Assembly: GCA_964572265.1 (NCBI GenBank)
Contig: CAZNEQ010000001.1
Span: 6,664 to 70,663 of the forward strand
Direction of reading: 5' to 3'
Length of the DNA: 64,000 nucleotides
DNA from: an uncultured Candidatus Planktophila sp.
GTDB taxonomy: Bacteria; Actinomycetota; Actinomycetes; Nanopelagicales; Nanopelagicaceae
This document shows positions 41,571 through 51,065 of this stretch, in pieces. Position 1 is the first letter of the stretch. Each line of letters opens with the position of its first letter. The translations under genes were made by a program, and so were the position numbers. The notes below the pieces were generated by a model. That model had not been told where the DNA came from. It saw only the letters and a list, made by a program, of their open reading frames with translations, and searched no databases.

Positions 41571-41965
41571 TGGCTACATCTTTAGGAATGATTGCAATTG
41601 TTATTGATGATTACGATTCTGCAATCGAGCATTACACGAAAGATCTTGGTTTCACATTAATAGAAGATAAAGAAATGAATCCTGAGAAGCGCTGGGTTGT
41701 AATCGCACCAAGTGGAGACGGTGCGCGGATACTTCTCGCAAAAGCTACAAATTCTCAACAAGAGGCAGCTATCGGAAACTCAACTGGTGGACGAGTGGGC
41801 TTCTTCCTCTACACCGATAACTTTCTGGAGACTTACGAGAATTACCTTGCGCGCGGAATTGAGTTTACCGAAACTCCTCGAAACGAAATTTTTGGGCAGG
41901 TTGTTGTCTTCAAGGATAAGTACGGCAACAAATGGGATCTCATCGAAAATAGAGCGAGTAGATGA
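41570..41965 (+). CDS. VOC/glyoxalase family protein
   Basis: DDYDSAI..YT..LGF.L, KRWVV, G..TGGRVGFFL, F.D.YGN.WDL. Confidence 0.9.
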   Translation: MATSLGMIAIVIDDYDSAIEHYTKDLGFTLIEDKEMNPEKRWVVIAPSGDGARILLAKATNSQQEAAIGNSTGGRVGFFLYTDNFLETYENYLARGIEFTETPRNEIFGQVVVFKDKYGNKWDLIENRASR

Positions 41966-42627
41966 TGATTGCTCTCTATATCTTTACTGTTCGCAAGAGC
42001 GCCATACCTTTTGCTTTTCTACAGATGGCAGTCGGCCGTCGTATCGCCCGAAAGCTACCTGGCGTTTCTTTTGCGAAATTAATGGGAACAGGAACTGGTA
42101 GAACATTTACGCCATCTGATGCCGACTTGAAGCAGTGGGCAATTCTTTTTGTCGCCGATGATCTTGAAGTTGTTGATGGCTCTGGATTTGTAAAGAGCTG
42201 GAAAAGACGCTCAACATCAGTTGATCGATACCTGCTCAATCCAATATCTTCTAGCGGTCAATGGTCCAAGCGTGAGCCATTTATAGTTGGCGCTGTCTCA
42301 AAGAGCGACGGTCCGGTCGTAGCAATTACTCGTGCGCGATTGAAGTGGTCGCAAGCGATTCGATTCTGGCGATCAATCCCCCCTGTGGTAACCGATCTTC
42401 ACAACTCCCCTGGCCTGCTCTTCTCTATTGGTATCGGTGAGGCACCAATTGGTTTACAGGGAACTTTCTCGGTCTGGCAGTCAGGGTCAGCTTTGCGTGA
42501 CTTTGCCTACAAGAACGCCCCGCACCGCGCTGCAATTGAAGATACCAAGCGCTTTGATTGGTATAGCGAAGAGCTCTTTGCGCGCTTTGAACTCATAAAT
42601 ACGGCAGACTTCCCCTATGTCCGTTAG
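41962..42627 (+). CDS. Spheroidene monooxygenase CrtA-like protein
   Basis: FAKLMGTGTG..F, GPVVAITRA, GIGEAP...QGTFSVW, FAY...H, WYSEELFARF. Confidence 0.8.
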   Translation: MMIALYIFTVRKSAIPFAFLQMAVGRRIARKLPGVSFAKLMGTGTGRTFTPSDADLKQWAILFVADDLEVVDGSGFVKSWKRRSTSVDRYLLNPISSSGQWSKREPFIVGAVSKSDGPVVAITRARLKWSQAIRFWRSIPPVVTDLHNSPGLLFSIGIGEAPIGLQGTFSVWQSGSALRDFAYKNAPHRAAIEDTKRFDWYSEELFARFELINTADFPYVR

Positions 42628-43417
42628 GCATTACAACTACCGCAGGCGTCGTCACGGCATCTCACAACGAGCCCGGTTTACTCTTGGGACTGCTCTTGCG
42701 CTGACCATTCTTCTGCAAATGATCTATCCGCTGGTGAGTGGCGAAACTCTGCGAATCATCACTATTGCAACGATCTATGTCGGAGCAACAGCGATGGTGC
42801 TCCACGCCTACCTCTCTTTTGGAGCAAAATACGCATCACGATACTTAATACTTGCTGCTCTTTTTGGTTACTTCATTGAACTTCTCGGAGTTCACACGGG
42901 ATGGCCATTTGGTGTCTATCAGTACGACTCTTCACTCGGAGTTGCCCTCTTTGGCGTACCTCTTGTTGTTCCTTTTGCTTGGGTGATGATGATTCATCCT
43001 TGCCTCGTGGCCGCGCGTCGCGTTACAACAAAGTGGACTTTCCTCTACGGCGGCGCACTTCTTGCAGGCTGGGATCTCTTCTTGGATCCATTGATGGTCT
43101 CTGCTGGTCGGTGGACTTGGGAAGTTACGGGAGCTCACATTCCATTTGTTCCCGATATTCCACTCTCTAACTTCTTTGGTTGGCTTCTTTCTGGCTGCGC
43201 CATCGTCGCACTACTCAATGTTGTGCTTCCCTTTGAACGTCGAAAAGAGAGCGCTAGTTTGCGCGCCGTGACATTCCTCTTAGCATGGGTGCTCTTCTCT
43301 GGCTTCATCGGAAATATCTTCTTCTTTGATCGACCAGGACTTGCATTTATGGGGGCCGCCTTCTTTGGCGCCTTCGCAACGCCATTTATTTACAAGAATT
43401 GGCTCGGCGAAGCTTAA
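42617..43417 (+). CDS. Carotenoid 1,2-hydratase CruF-like (DUF422) membrane protein
   Basis: ELLGVHTGWPFG.Y.Y, GVPLVVPFAW, WDLFLDP, IPLSNFFGW. Confidence 0.85.
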   Translation: MSVRHYNYRRRRHGISQRARFTLGTALALTILLQMIYPLVSGETLRIITIATIYVGATAMVLHAYLSFGAKYASRYLILAALFGYFIELLGVHTGWPFGVYQYDSSLGVALFGVPLVVPFAWVMMIHPCLVAARRVTTKWTFLYGGALLAGWDLFLDPLMVSAGRWTWEVTGAHIPFVPDIPLSNFFGWLLSGCAIVALLNVVLPFERRKESASLRAVTFLLAWVLFSGFIGNIFFFDRPGLAFMGAAFFGAFATPFIYKNWLGEA

Positions 43418-43422
43418 TTCCA

Positions 43423-44499
43423 ATGCTCTTTACAATCTTTTTAGTCAACTCGCTATTACTCGCGCTTGCGGTGGCCAATTTTACAACGATTCGCAGACCC
43501 AATAGCGATAAAGAGATTGCTTCAACTGTCACGGTGCTACTTCCTGTTCGCAATGAAGCAGAGAACATCGAAGGTATCTTGCGTGAACTTGAAGCGCAAG
43601 TAAATCTCCCTCATCTCTCCATTCTTGTCATCGATGACAATTCTGAGGATGACACTTTCCAAATGGTGCGCAATCTCGTCTCTTCCCGAATCTCGGTGAT
43701 TCAAGCACCTTCACTTATCGATGGTTGGATCGGTAAAGTGGCAGCACTCCAAGCGGGTTATCGCCATATCGAAAGTGATATTCCTGATGTGGTGATTTCA
43801 GTTGATGCTGATGTTCATTTTGAGCGCGATGCCATAGTGAAGGCAGTAAATACTCTCCTTGATAATCGCCTGGATTTCATTTCTCCTTATCCCCGCCAGA
43901 TTGCTGAGACCTGGGGCGAAAGATTGATTCAACCTCTGTTGCAATGGTCCTGGATGAGCACGGTCTTGCTCCGAGGCGCAGAGAAGATTCCTTTGGCTTC
44001 GACCGTAATCTGTAATGGTCAGTTCTTGGTGATGCGCGGTGAAGCACTAAAAACAATTGGTGGCTTTGAGAGCGTTGCTCGTAAAGTCCTTGACGATATC
44101 GAGCTAGGACGGTCATTTGTTGCTGCTGGGTTTAGGGGCACGGTTGTCAGTGGCTCTGAAATCTCCTCCACTCGTATGTATAAGAGTTTGAATGAGATCC
44201 GTTCTGGATATGGAAAATCACTCCATTTAGCTTTCGGATCGATTCTTGGATCTCTTATTGCTGCACTCTTTATCGGTGCAACTGCGTTACTGCCTTTGTT
44301 TTCTGCAATAGCTGGCAATCTCATCGGATTCGCCGCTTTGCTTGCAATTGTAGGAACACGAGTTGTGAGTGCTGCTGCATCAGGAACCCGGATTCGTGAT
44401 GCTTTTCTCCATCCCGTATCTGCACTCCTCTTCATCTATCTGCTTTACTTCTCATGGAGTAACCGCGGAAAGACACAATGGAAAGGGCGCACACTATGA
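43423..44499 (+). CDS. Carotenoid glycosyltransferase (GT2, CruG-like)
   Basis: LLPVRNE, DDNSED, GWIGK, DADV, CNGQF, DDIELGR, RMY, QWKGR; carotenoid context. Confidence 0.82.
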   Translation: MLFTIFLVNSLLLALAVANFTTIRRPNSDKEIASTVTVLLPVRNEAENIEGILRELEAQVNLPHLSILVIDDNSEDDTFQMVRNLVSSRISVIQAPSLIDGWIGKVAALQAGYRHIESDIPDVVISVDADVHFERDAIVKAVNTLLDNRLDFISPYPRQIAETWGERLIQPLLQWSWMSTVLLRGAEKIPLASTVICNGQFLVMRGEALKTIGGFESVARKVLDDIELGRSFVAAGFRGTVVSGSEISSTRMYKSLNEIRSGYGKSLHLAFGSILGSLIAALFIGATALLPLFSAIAGNLIGFAALLAIVGTRVVSAAASGTRIRDAFLHPVSALLFIYLLYFSWSNRGKTQWKGRTL

Positions 44500-46040
44500 C
44501 CGGCCAGGTCGGCAAAGTAAAAGAGCCCAAGAAGATCATTGTGATCGGTGCTGGAATTGGCGGAATGACGACCGCTGCCCGGCTTGCTCGAGCTGGGCAT
44601 AACGTTCCTATCTACGAGGCATCAGATCGCGTAGGAGGAAAGTGCCGTACTGAATGGATTGGTCGATACGCATTTGATACTGGACCTTCGCTACTTACGA
44701 TCCCTGCTGTTTATCGTGACTTCTTTCAGCGCACTGGCGCTCAGATGGGAATGGTCTTAACTCTAGAAGCGGTAGACCCATCATTTGATTATCGCTTCCA
44801 CGACGGAAAGTCCGTGCAATTTACCAATCTCTCCCGCAAAGAAACTTTGAAATCGATTACTCAATCCTTTGGAGCAGAAGCTGCCGAACAATGGGATGCA
44901 GTCCTGCAGCGCGCAGAGCGGATGTGGGATGTATCGCGCGAACCCTTTGTTGAATCAGAGCTGAAGAGCCCGCTCTCGCTCCTCAAGCGCCGCCATATTC
45001 TGCGAGATCTCCGCATCATCGCCCCGCGCGCAACCCTTCGTGATTTTGGATTGAAAAATCCATACCTGGCGAAGATCATGGATCGCTACGCAACCTATAG
45101 CGGATCAGATCCTCGCAAAGCTCCTGCCGTGCTCTCTACAATCGCATTTATCGAAGAGGCATTTGGTGCCTGGCATATCAAAGGTGGCATTGGTACTCTC
45201 TCAGAGCATATTGCCAAGCGCTGCGAAAAGGTTGGGGTCGTGATCAATCTCAACTCCCCTGTTGCCGCCATCAATCTCAAAGGCAGTAAAGCCGTTGGAA
45301 TTACACTCAAGAACGGCGAGGAAATATCTGCAGATATAGTCATTTCAAATGTCGATGCTGGCCTTACTTACAACCGACTCATCTCAACACCAACTCGTAA
45401 GGTCAAGCGAGTACGGCGCAAATTATCAAAACTCGAGCCATCACTGGCTGGCTTCTCTCTCTTACTTGGATTGCGCCCAAGCGATGAGCCTGAGTTATCG
45501 CATCACACCATTCTCTTCCCAGAAGATTACGATGCTGAGTTTGAATCTATCTTCACAACAAAGCAACCGGTAGCGAAGCCAACAATCTATATCTGCGCAC
45601 CCAAAGATGAAACTATGGTCAAGAGTGAAGGCCATAAAGCACTCTTCGTTCTCGTCAACGCCCCTCGCCATAGCGAGAAACCAGGAGAAGGTTTTGATTG
45701 GAGCGATGCAGCCTTCGCTCAAAAGTATGCAAACATGATCATTGATCAGATTGAAGCACAGGGAATTTCCATTAGGAATCGACTCGATCTGCTTGAGATT
45801 CGTACCCCACTTGATTTACAGAATTCAGTGAACGCACCTGGAGGTTCTATCTATGGCACTTCCAGTAATGGACCTCGAGCAGCCTTTCTGCGAGCGAAGA
45901 ATAGATCTCCGATTAAGAATCTCTATCTTGTAGGTGGCTCTGCTCATCCAGGAGGCGGATTACCGTTGGTCGGCCTCAGTGCAGAAATTGTTGCTAACGC
46001 AGTATTGAACGTGCCATCCGCATCACCATCAGCACACTGA
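44496..46040 (+). CDS. CrtI-family carotenoid desaturase (CrtD-like 3,4-desaturase)
   Basis: IGAGIGG, FDTGPSL, RYATYSGSDP, GGSIYG, GGSAHPGGGLP. ATG 44496 is coupled to the GT stop. Exact activity inferred from context. Confidence 0.8.
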   Translation: MTGQVGKVKEPKKIIVIGAGIGGMTTAARLARAGHNVPIYEASDRVGGKCRTEWIGRYAFDTGPSLLTIPAVYRDFFQRTGAQMGMVLTLEAVDPSFDYRFHDGKSVQFTNLSRKETLKSITQSFGAEAAEQWDAVLQRAERMWDVSREPFVESELKSPLSLLKRRHILRDLRIIAPRATLRDFGLKNPYLAKIMDRYATYSGSDPRKAPAVLSTIAFIEEAFGAWHIKGGIGTLSEHIAKRCEKVGVVINLNSPVAAINLKGSKAVGITLKNGEEISADIVISNVDAGLTYNRLISTPTRKVKRVRRKLSKLEPSLAGFSLLLGLRPSDEPELSHHTILFPEDYDAEFESIFTTKQPVAKPTIYICAPKDETMVKSEGHKALFVLVNAPRHSEKPGEGFDWSDAAFAQKYANMIIDQIEAQGISIRNRLDLLEIRTPLDLQNSVNAPGGSIYGTSSNGPRAAFLRAKNRSPIKNLYLVGGSAHPGGGLPLVGLSAEIVANAVLNVPSASPSAH

Positions 46041-46611
46041 TTACCTGCATCACCGTGAAACCAATTGCGACTTGAGTTGCGTAGTCATATCCGAGCCAGA
46101 ATAAGACCGTTACCGCAATCACAAAAATTGCTCGTACTGGGCGCTCAGTAGGAGTGACAACACCAATTTCAGAGTAACCGAGTGATGCCAGACGTGCACG
46201 TGCATATTCTTGAGTGGCACTCAAAACCCAGATTGTGATTGCCCAGCGGACTGGAACGCCGACGAAGCTTGCCCCCATCAACCAGAACGCCTCGGAGATG
46301 CGGTCGGCAATCGAGTCGTAGAGTTCGCCGAACTTGCTCTCTCTTCCACGGTAAATAGCGAGTGATCCATCAACACCATCGCAGATAAGTGAGAAAATAA
46401 CGAGTGCGATGAGTTGGCTCGTATACGAGGTGAAATAGATTGCGATAGAAGCAAAGAGTCCGACGGTCGTAATGACATTGGGTGTAAATCTAAAGATGCT
46501 GAGAAATTTTGCGATGAAATAGGAAATACGGAGCCAACCAGCAATCACTCCTTGAATTTCTACGCTGCCATGAAGTTCACTCCAGCGGCGATTGAATTCG
46601 AGACGGGTCAT
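45994..46611 (-). CDS. CDP-alcohol phosphatidyltransferase family protein
   Basis: TPNVIT, DGVDGSLA......FG...DSIADRISE signature. Confidence 0.9.
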   Translation of the reverse strand: MTRLEFNRRWSELHGSVEIQGVIAGWLRISYFIAKFLSIFRFTPNVITTVGLFASIAIYFTSYTSQLIALVIFSLICDGVDGSLAIYRGRESKFGELYDSIADRISEAFWLMGASFVGVPVRWAITIWVLSATQEYARARLASLGYSEIGVVTPTERPVRAIFVIAVTVLFWLGYDYATQVAIGFTVMQVISVLMVMRMARSILR

Positions 46612-47492
46612 GAGCGAGCACTCTTGATTCTTTCAAAGATTTCCCGGGTAGCAGTTGATGTATTCATCGTATAGAAGTGGATACCTGGCGCCCCAGCATC
46701 TAATAGCTTCTGCGAAAGTTCGGTCGCAATTTCAACGCCAAGCTTTCGTACATCATCTGCGTTGCTATCAACCTTTGCAAATGCCTCAGCAATCTTGGCC
46801 GGAATCGGAACTCCGCTGAGTTCTGCCATGCGGTTGAGCTGCTTCACATTTGTCACCGGCAGAATGCCTGGAATGATTGGTAACTGCGATCCGCGGGAGG
46901 CGAGTGCTTCGACGAGCGCTGACCACTTATCGGCTTCGAAGAAAAATTGAGTTGTTGCAAATGTTGCGCCGAGACGTTCCTTCTCCAAGAGCACATCGAT
47001 ATCTCGAGTGAAATCTCCAGCAGATGCAGGGTGGCCATCTGGGAAAGCGGCTACACCAATAGTAAATCCACCGATCTCTGATGCGAGCGAGACCAATTGA
47101 TCGGCATGATCGAAGCCACCAGGTGTTGTCTCCCATGGCGCACGTGGGCCGCCGACAGGATCTCCACGCAACGCCAAAATATTTTGAATCCCTGCTTCAC
47201 TGTACTTTCCGAGGATTTCAATGAGCTCATCGCGCGTTGAACCGACACAGGTGAGGTGGGCAACGGTTGGAATCTTTGTGTGATTGATGATCTCAGATGT
47301 AATTCGGATGGTGCGATCACGAGTAGATCCACCTGCGCCGTAGGTCACAGAGATGAAATCTGGTGAGATGGACTCAAGGCCCTCAATAGCAGTCCAGAGT
47401 CTTGCTTCACCTTCGCCATCTTTAGGCGGAAAAAACTCGAAAGAGAAGGTGGGACGACCGCTCGACCATTGGTTCGTCATGCGCATCTCCAT
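46608..47492 (-). CDS. metF: Methylenetetrahydrofolate reductase
   Basis: FSFEFFPPK, SVTYGAGGSTR, AHLTC, LALRGDP, TQFFF, HFYTMN. Start ATG 47492, 6 nt after TACCCT (later ATGs possible). Confidence 0.94.
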   Translation of the reverse strand: MEMRMTNQWSSGRPTFSFEFFPPKDGEGEARLWTAIEGLESISPDFISVTYGAGGSTRDRTIRITSEIINHTKIPTVAHLTCVGSTRDELIEILGKYSEAGIQNILALRGDPVGGPRAPWETTPGGFDHADQLVSLASEIGGFTIGVAAFPDGHPASAGDFTRDIDVLLEKERLGATFATTQFFFEADKWSALVEALASRGSQLPIIPGILPVTNVKQLNRMAELSGVPIPAKIAEAFAKVDSNADDVRKLGVEIATELSQKLLDAGAPGIHFYTMNTSTATREIFERIKSARS

Positions 47493-47514
47493 GGACTCAG
47501 GGTACCGTTCTCGC
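47493..47514. promoter_or_regulatory. Bidirectional promoter with overlapping -10 boxes
   Basis: AGGGTACCGT reads TACCCT on minus (47499-47504) and TACCGT on plus (47503-47508); each is 6 nt from a start codon. Confidence 0.7.
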
Positions 47515-48600
47515 GTGGCAACCGAGGTCAAGACAACAATCGAAGCAGTACGGGCAGAGATCCGTAGCGAATTGGCAGATTATCTATCCGGTCAACGCCG
47601 ATACCTCACATCTATAGCCTCAGAGCTTGTCCCAGTCTGTGATGCGCTCGATGAGTTCTTGCTCGATGGCGGCAAACGTTTACGTCCACTCTTCGCCTAT
47701 GCCGGTCTCATTGCATCGGGCGCAACTCCATCCCGTGAAATCATTCGCGCTCTCTCAAGTCTTGAACTATTGCAAGCGTGCGCGCTTATCCATGATGACT
47801 TGATGGACCGCTCTGATACTCGCAGAGGCAAGCCCGCCATTCATCGCCACTTTGAAAATTTGCACCAATCGACCGCCATGAATGGTCTCGCTACTCAATT
47901 CGGAGAAGCCGCTGCTGTACTTCTGGGTGATTTGGCTTTGGTCTGGTCAGATCAAATGCTCAATACCTCTGGGCTCTCCACCGAATCTCTTCTTGCTGCA
48001 CATGTTATTCATGACGAGATGCGCGTTGAGTTAATGGCCGGTCAATATCTCGATGTTCGTGAAGCAGGAGAAAAGTCATATAGCGCAGAACGATCACTTC
48101 GAATCGCTCGCTATAAGTCAGGTAAGTACACAATTGAGCGACCACTTCATATTGGTGCGGTAATTGGAAAACCAGATCCATCTGAACATGCACCACTGCT
48201 CGATGCACTTTCCCGTTATGGCCTGCCACTTGGCGAAGCTTTCCAACTTCGCGATGACATGCTGGGAATTTTTGGCGACCCTGAGGTAACCGGAAAGCCA
48301 GCAGGAGATGACCTACGCGAGGGTAAGCGCACCGTGCTCATTGCCATGACACTTGAGGCGCTTGATCATGAAGGAAAAGAAGAGCTGTTGGCGCATCTGG
48401 GTCAGCCACATATCAAATCTTCAAAAATAGAAGAGCTTCGCGCGCTTATTAAGAATTCAGGCGCAGTAGATAAAGTTGAAAACCTGATCGAAAAACTCAC
48501 CAACGATTCACTTACCGCAATTGAAGATCCAGCAATCCATCCATCAGCGAGAGAACTTCTCACCTACATCGCGCTTAGCGCAGTTAAACGGAGCGCCTAA
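47515..48600 (+). CDS. crtE: Geranylgeranyl diphosphate synthase (IdsA2/CrtE)
   Basis: GGKRLRP, LIHDDLMD...RRG, GQYLD, YKSGKYT, FQLRDD, DLREGK; GTG start at 47515. Confidence 0.9.
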   Translation: MATEVKTTIEAVRAEIRSELADYLSGQRRYLTSIASELVPVCDALDEFLLDGGKRLRPLFAYAGLIASGATPSREIIRALSSLELLQACALIHDDLMDRSDTRRGKPAIHRHFENLHQSTAMNGLATQFGEAAAVLLGDLALVWSDQMLNTSGLSTESLLAAHVIHDEMRVELMAGQYLDVREAGEKSYSAERSLRIARYKSGKYTIERPLHIGAVIGKPDPSEHAPLLDALSRYGLPLGEAFQLRDDMLGIFGDPEVTGKPAGDDLREGKRTVLIAMTLEALDHEGKEELLAHLGQPHIKSSKIEELRALIKNSGAVDKVENLIEKLTNDSLTAIEDPAIHPSARELLTYIALSAVKRSA

Positions 48601-50084
48601 TGGTCGCACGCATTAAAGGTCCATCTCAGAAAGTTGTTGTAGTCGGAGCCGGTCTTGCCGGATTAAGTGCTGCACTTCGCCTGGCCGGAGCAGGACGTGA
48701 TGTCACTGTGATTGAACGTGAAACAGTTCCTGGTGGCCGCAATGGTTTGCTCAATAAAGATGGCTACGCATTCGACACTGGTCCAACGGTGTTAACGATG
48801 CCATCGCTGATCCAAGATGCTTTCTCGGCAGTCGGTGAAGATATGAAGGATTGGCTCGAATTAATGCCGGTCTCTCCTCTCTACCGCGCTTTCTATGCCG
48901 ATGGCTCGCAGATTGATGTTCATGCTGACACCGCGGCAATGGAGCAAGAAATTCGGGAAAAGGTGTCTGCAACTGAAGCAGCTGGATACCGTGACTATGT
49001 TGATTTCGTCACCAAGCTCTATAAGTACGAGATGAATGACTTTATCGACCGCAACATTGATTCACCGTTGAACCTGCTAACACCCAACCTTGCACGTTTG
49101 ATTGCAATCGGCGGCTTTAGACATTTACAGCCAAAAGTCAATCAATTCCTCAAGGATCCACGACTTCAGAAGGTCTACTCCTTCCAGGCGATGTATGCAG
49201 GCGTAAGCCCGCAGCAAGCTCTCGCAATCTATGCAGTGATTGCATATATGGATTCAGTCAACGGCGTCTTCTTCCCCAAGGGTGGAATGCATGCAGTACC
49301 TCGTGCTCTAGCGGCTGCTGCAGCAAAGCATGGCGTGAAGTTTGTCTATGAGACTTCGGTGACATCACTCGAAAAGCAAGGTTCACGCGTGACTGCAGCG
49401 ATCACCGATAAGGGTGAGCGCTACGAATGTGATGCCATTGTGATGAACCCAGATCTTCCGGTTGTGTGGAAAGACCTGCTCGGAAAAGAACCGCTCTCCA
49501 TTAAGCGCCTGAAGTACTCGCCATCATGTGTGACCTTGCTCGTGGGATCAAAGAAGCATTACGACCACATTGCTCACCACAACATTCACTTCGGTGAATC
49601 ATGGGATGGGGTCTTTGATGAGCTCATCAAGAAGAAGGTTCTGATGACCGACCCTTCTGTGCTGGTGACTGTGCCATCGCATGATGACAAATCACTCGCT
49701 CCTGCTGGCAAAGAGTCATATTACGTACTCTTCCCAACTCCCAACCTCGATGCAGATATCGATTGGACTAATGAGAAGAGTCGCTATCGCGATGAAATGA
49801 TCCGTGTTCTTGAATCCCGTGGTTATGAAGGCTTTGGCGATGCGATCGAAACCGAACACATGACCACTCCCCTCGATTGGCAGGCACAAGGAATGGAGCG
49901 CGGAGCGCCATTTGCAAGCGCACATACCTTCTTCCAGACTGGCCCTTTCCGACCACGCAATATTGCGGCAGGTTTCGATAACGTCGTATTTGCTGGAAGT
50001 GGAACCCAGCCTGGTGTGGGCGTTCCTATGGTGTTGATCTCTGGACGACTCGCTGCAGAACGCATTGTGGGACCTGTTAAGTAA
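48600..50084 (+). CDS. crtI: Phytoene desaturase
   Basis: VGAGLAGL, FDTGPTVLTMP, SFQAMYAG, QTGPFRP, GSGTQPGVGVPMVLISG. Confidence 0.93.
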   Translation: MVARIKGPSQKVVVVGAGLAGLSAALRLAGAGRDVTVIERETVPGGRNGLLNKDGYAFDTGPTVLTMPSLIQDAFSAVGEDMKDWLELMPVSPLYRAFYADGSQIDVHADTAAMEQEIREKVSATEAAGYRDYVDFVTKLYKYEMNDFIDRNIDSPLNLLTPNLARLIAIGGFRHLQPKVNQFLKDPRLQKVYSFQAMYAGVSPQQALAIYAVIAYMDSVNGVFFPKGGMHAVPRALAAAAAKHGVKFVYETSVTSLEKQGSRVTAAITDKGERYECDAIVMNPDLPVVWKDLLGKEPLSIKRLKYSPSCVTLLVGSKKHYDHIAHHNIHFGESWDGVFDELIKKKVLMTDPSVLVTVPSHDDKSLAPAGKESYYVLFPTPNLDADIDWTNEKSRYRDEMIRVLESRGYEGFGDAIETEHMTTPLDWQAQGMERGAPFASAHTFFQTGPFRPRNIAAGFDNVVFAGSGTQPGVGVPMVLISGRLAAERIVGPVK

Positions 50085-50963
50085 ATGTCAGATTTGCTTA
50101 CGCAATCGTATGAAGAGTGCAAACGCCTCAATGCTCTTCACGGTAAGACATACTATTTAGCAACGCTCTTACTTCCGACGAAGAAGCGTCCGCCGGTGCA
50201 TGCTCTTTACGGATTTGCTCGTTATGCCGACGAGATTGTTGATGATCTTGCATCAACTCTGAGCGATGAAGAGAAAGCCCACGAACTTCGTACCTGGGGC
50301 TCTGGAGTTCTTGCAGATCTTCGCCGTGGAGAAAGCAATGACCTCATTGGTCGTGCACTTGTAGATACTGTAAGGACGTATTCAATTCCGCTGGAATACT
50401 TCGAAGCATTTATGAAGTCCATGGAGATGGATCTCACCGTTACTCGATATAACAATTATGACGAGCTCATGACATATGTTTATGGATCTGCTGTAGTCAT
50501 AGGCCTAGAGATGCTTCCAATTCTTGGATATAGCGATCCTCGAGCGATAGAGGCGGCGACCGCGCTGGGTACAGCTTTTCAGTTAGCAAACTTCATTAGA
50601 GATATTGGTGAAGATATTGAGCGTGGCCGCATTTATATGCCGCTCGATGAGTTGGCTCGATATGGCGTCAGTGAAGATATGCTCCTTCGGAGAGAACTGA
50701 CTCCAGAGATTATCGAGGCGATTAAATTTCAGATTGCACGTGTGCGCGATCTTCAGGCAAAAGCAAACGCAGGGATTGAATATCTCGACCCTATTTCCAG
50801 GCCTTGTATCCGCGCCGCGAGCGAGCTCTACTGTGGAATCGTGGATGAAATTGAAGCTAACGGTTATGACATCTTCAATAAGCGCGCCAAGACACCCACG
50901 TGGCGGAGATTACGAGTAGCAGGACTCGCCTTTATTCAGACACTTTTCCTTCGCTTGCGCTAG
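50085..50963 (+). CDS. crtB: Phytoene synthase
   Basis: HGKTYY, LYGFARYADEIVD, YVYGSA, AFQLANFIRDIGED..RGRIY.P. Confidence 0.94.
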   Translation: MSDLLTQSYEECKRLNALHGKTYYLATLLLPTKKRPPVHALYGFARYADEIVDDLASTLSDEEKAHELRTWGSGVLADLRRGESNDLIGRALVDTVRTYSIPLEYFEAFMKSMEMDLTVTRYNNYDELMTYVYGSAVVIGLEMLPILGYSDPRAIEAATALGTAFQLANFIRDIGEDIERGRIYMPLDELARYGVSEDMLLRRELTPEIIEAIKFQIARVRDLQAKANAGIEYLDPISRPCIRAASELYCGIVDEIEANGYDIFNKRAKTPTWRRLRVAGLAFIQTLFLRLR

Positions 50964-50973
50964 AGTTTTACCC

Positions 50974-51058
50974 ACGGGAGCCAAATCGGCTGAGAGGAAC
51001 TCATACTTTGAGTTCGACCGTTTGACCAGTTCGATAATGCGAACTGAGAATGAGTAGG
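50974..51058 (+). ncRNA. TPP (THI-box) riboswitch-like RNA with a non-canonical P4-P5 arm
   Basis: P2 ACGG/CCGT, GA bulge, P3 GCC/GGC, conserved CTGAGA, P3a GAACTCA/TGAGTTC, terminal loop ATAATG; directly upstream of a PnuC transporter. The canonical CCTGAT...GCG.AGG is absent. Confidence 0.75.
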
Positions 51059-51065
51059 TCTATTT

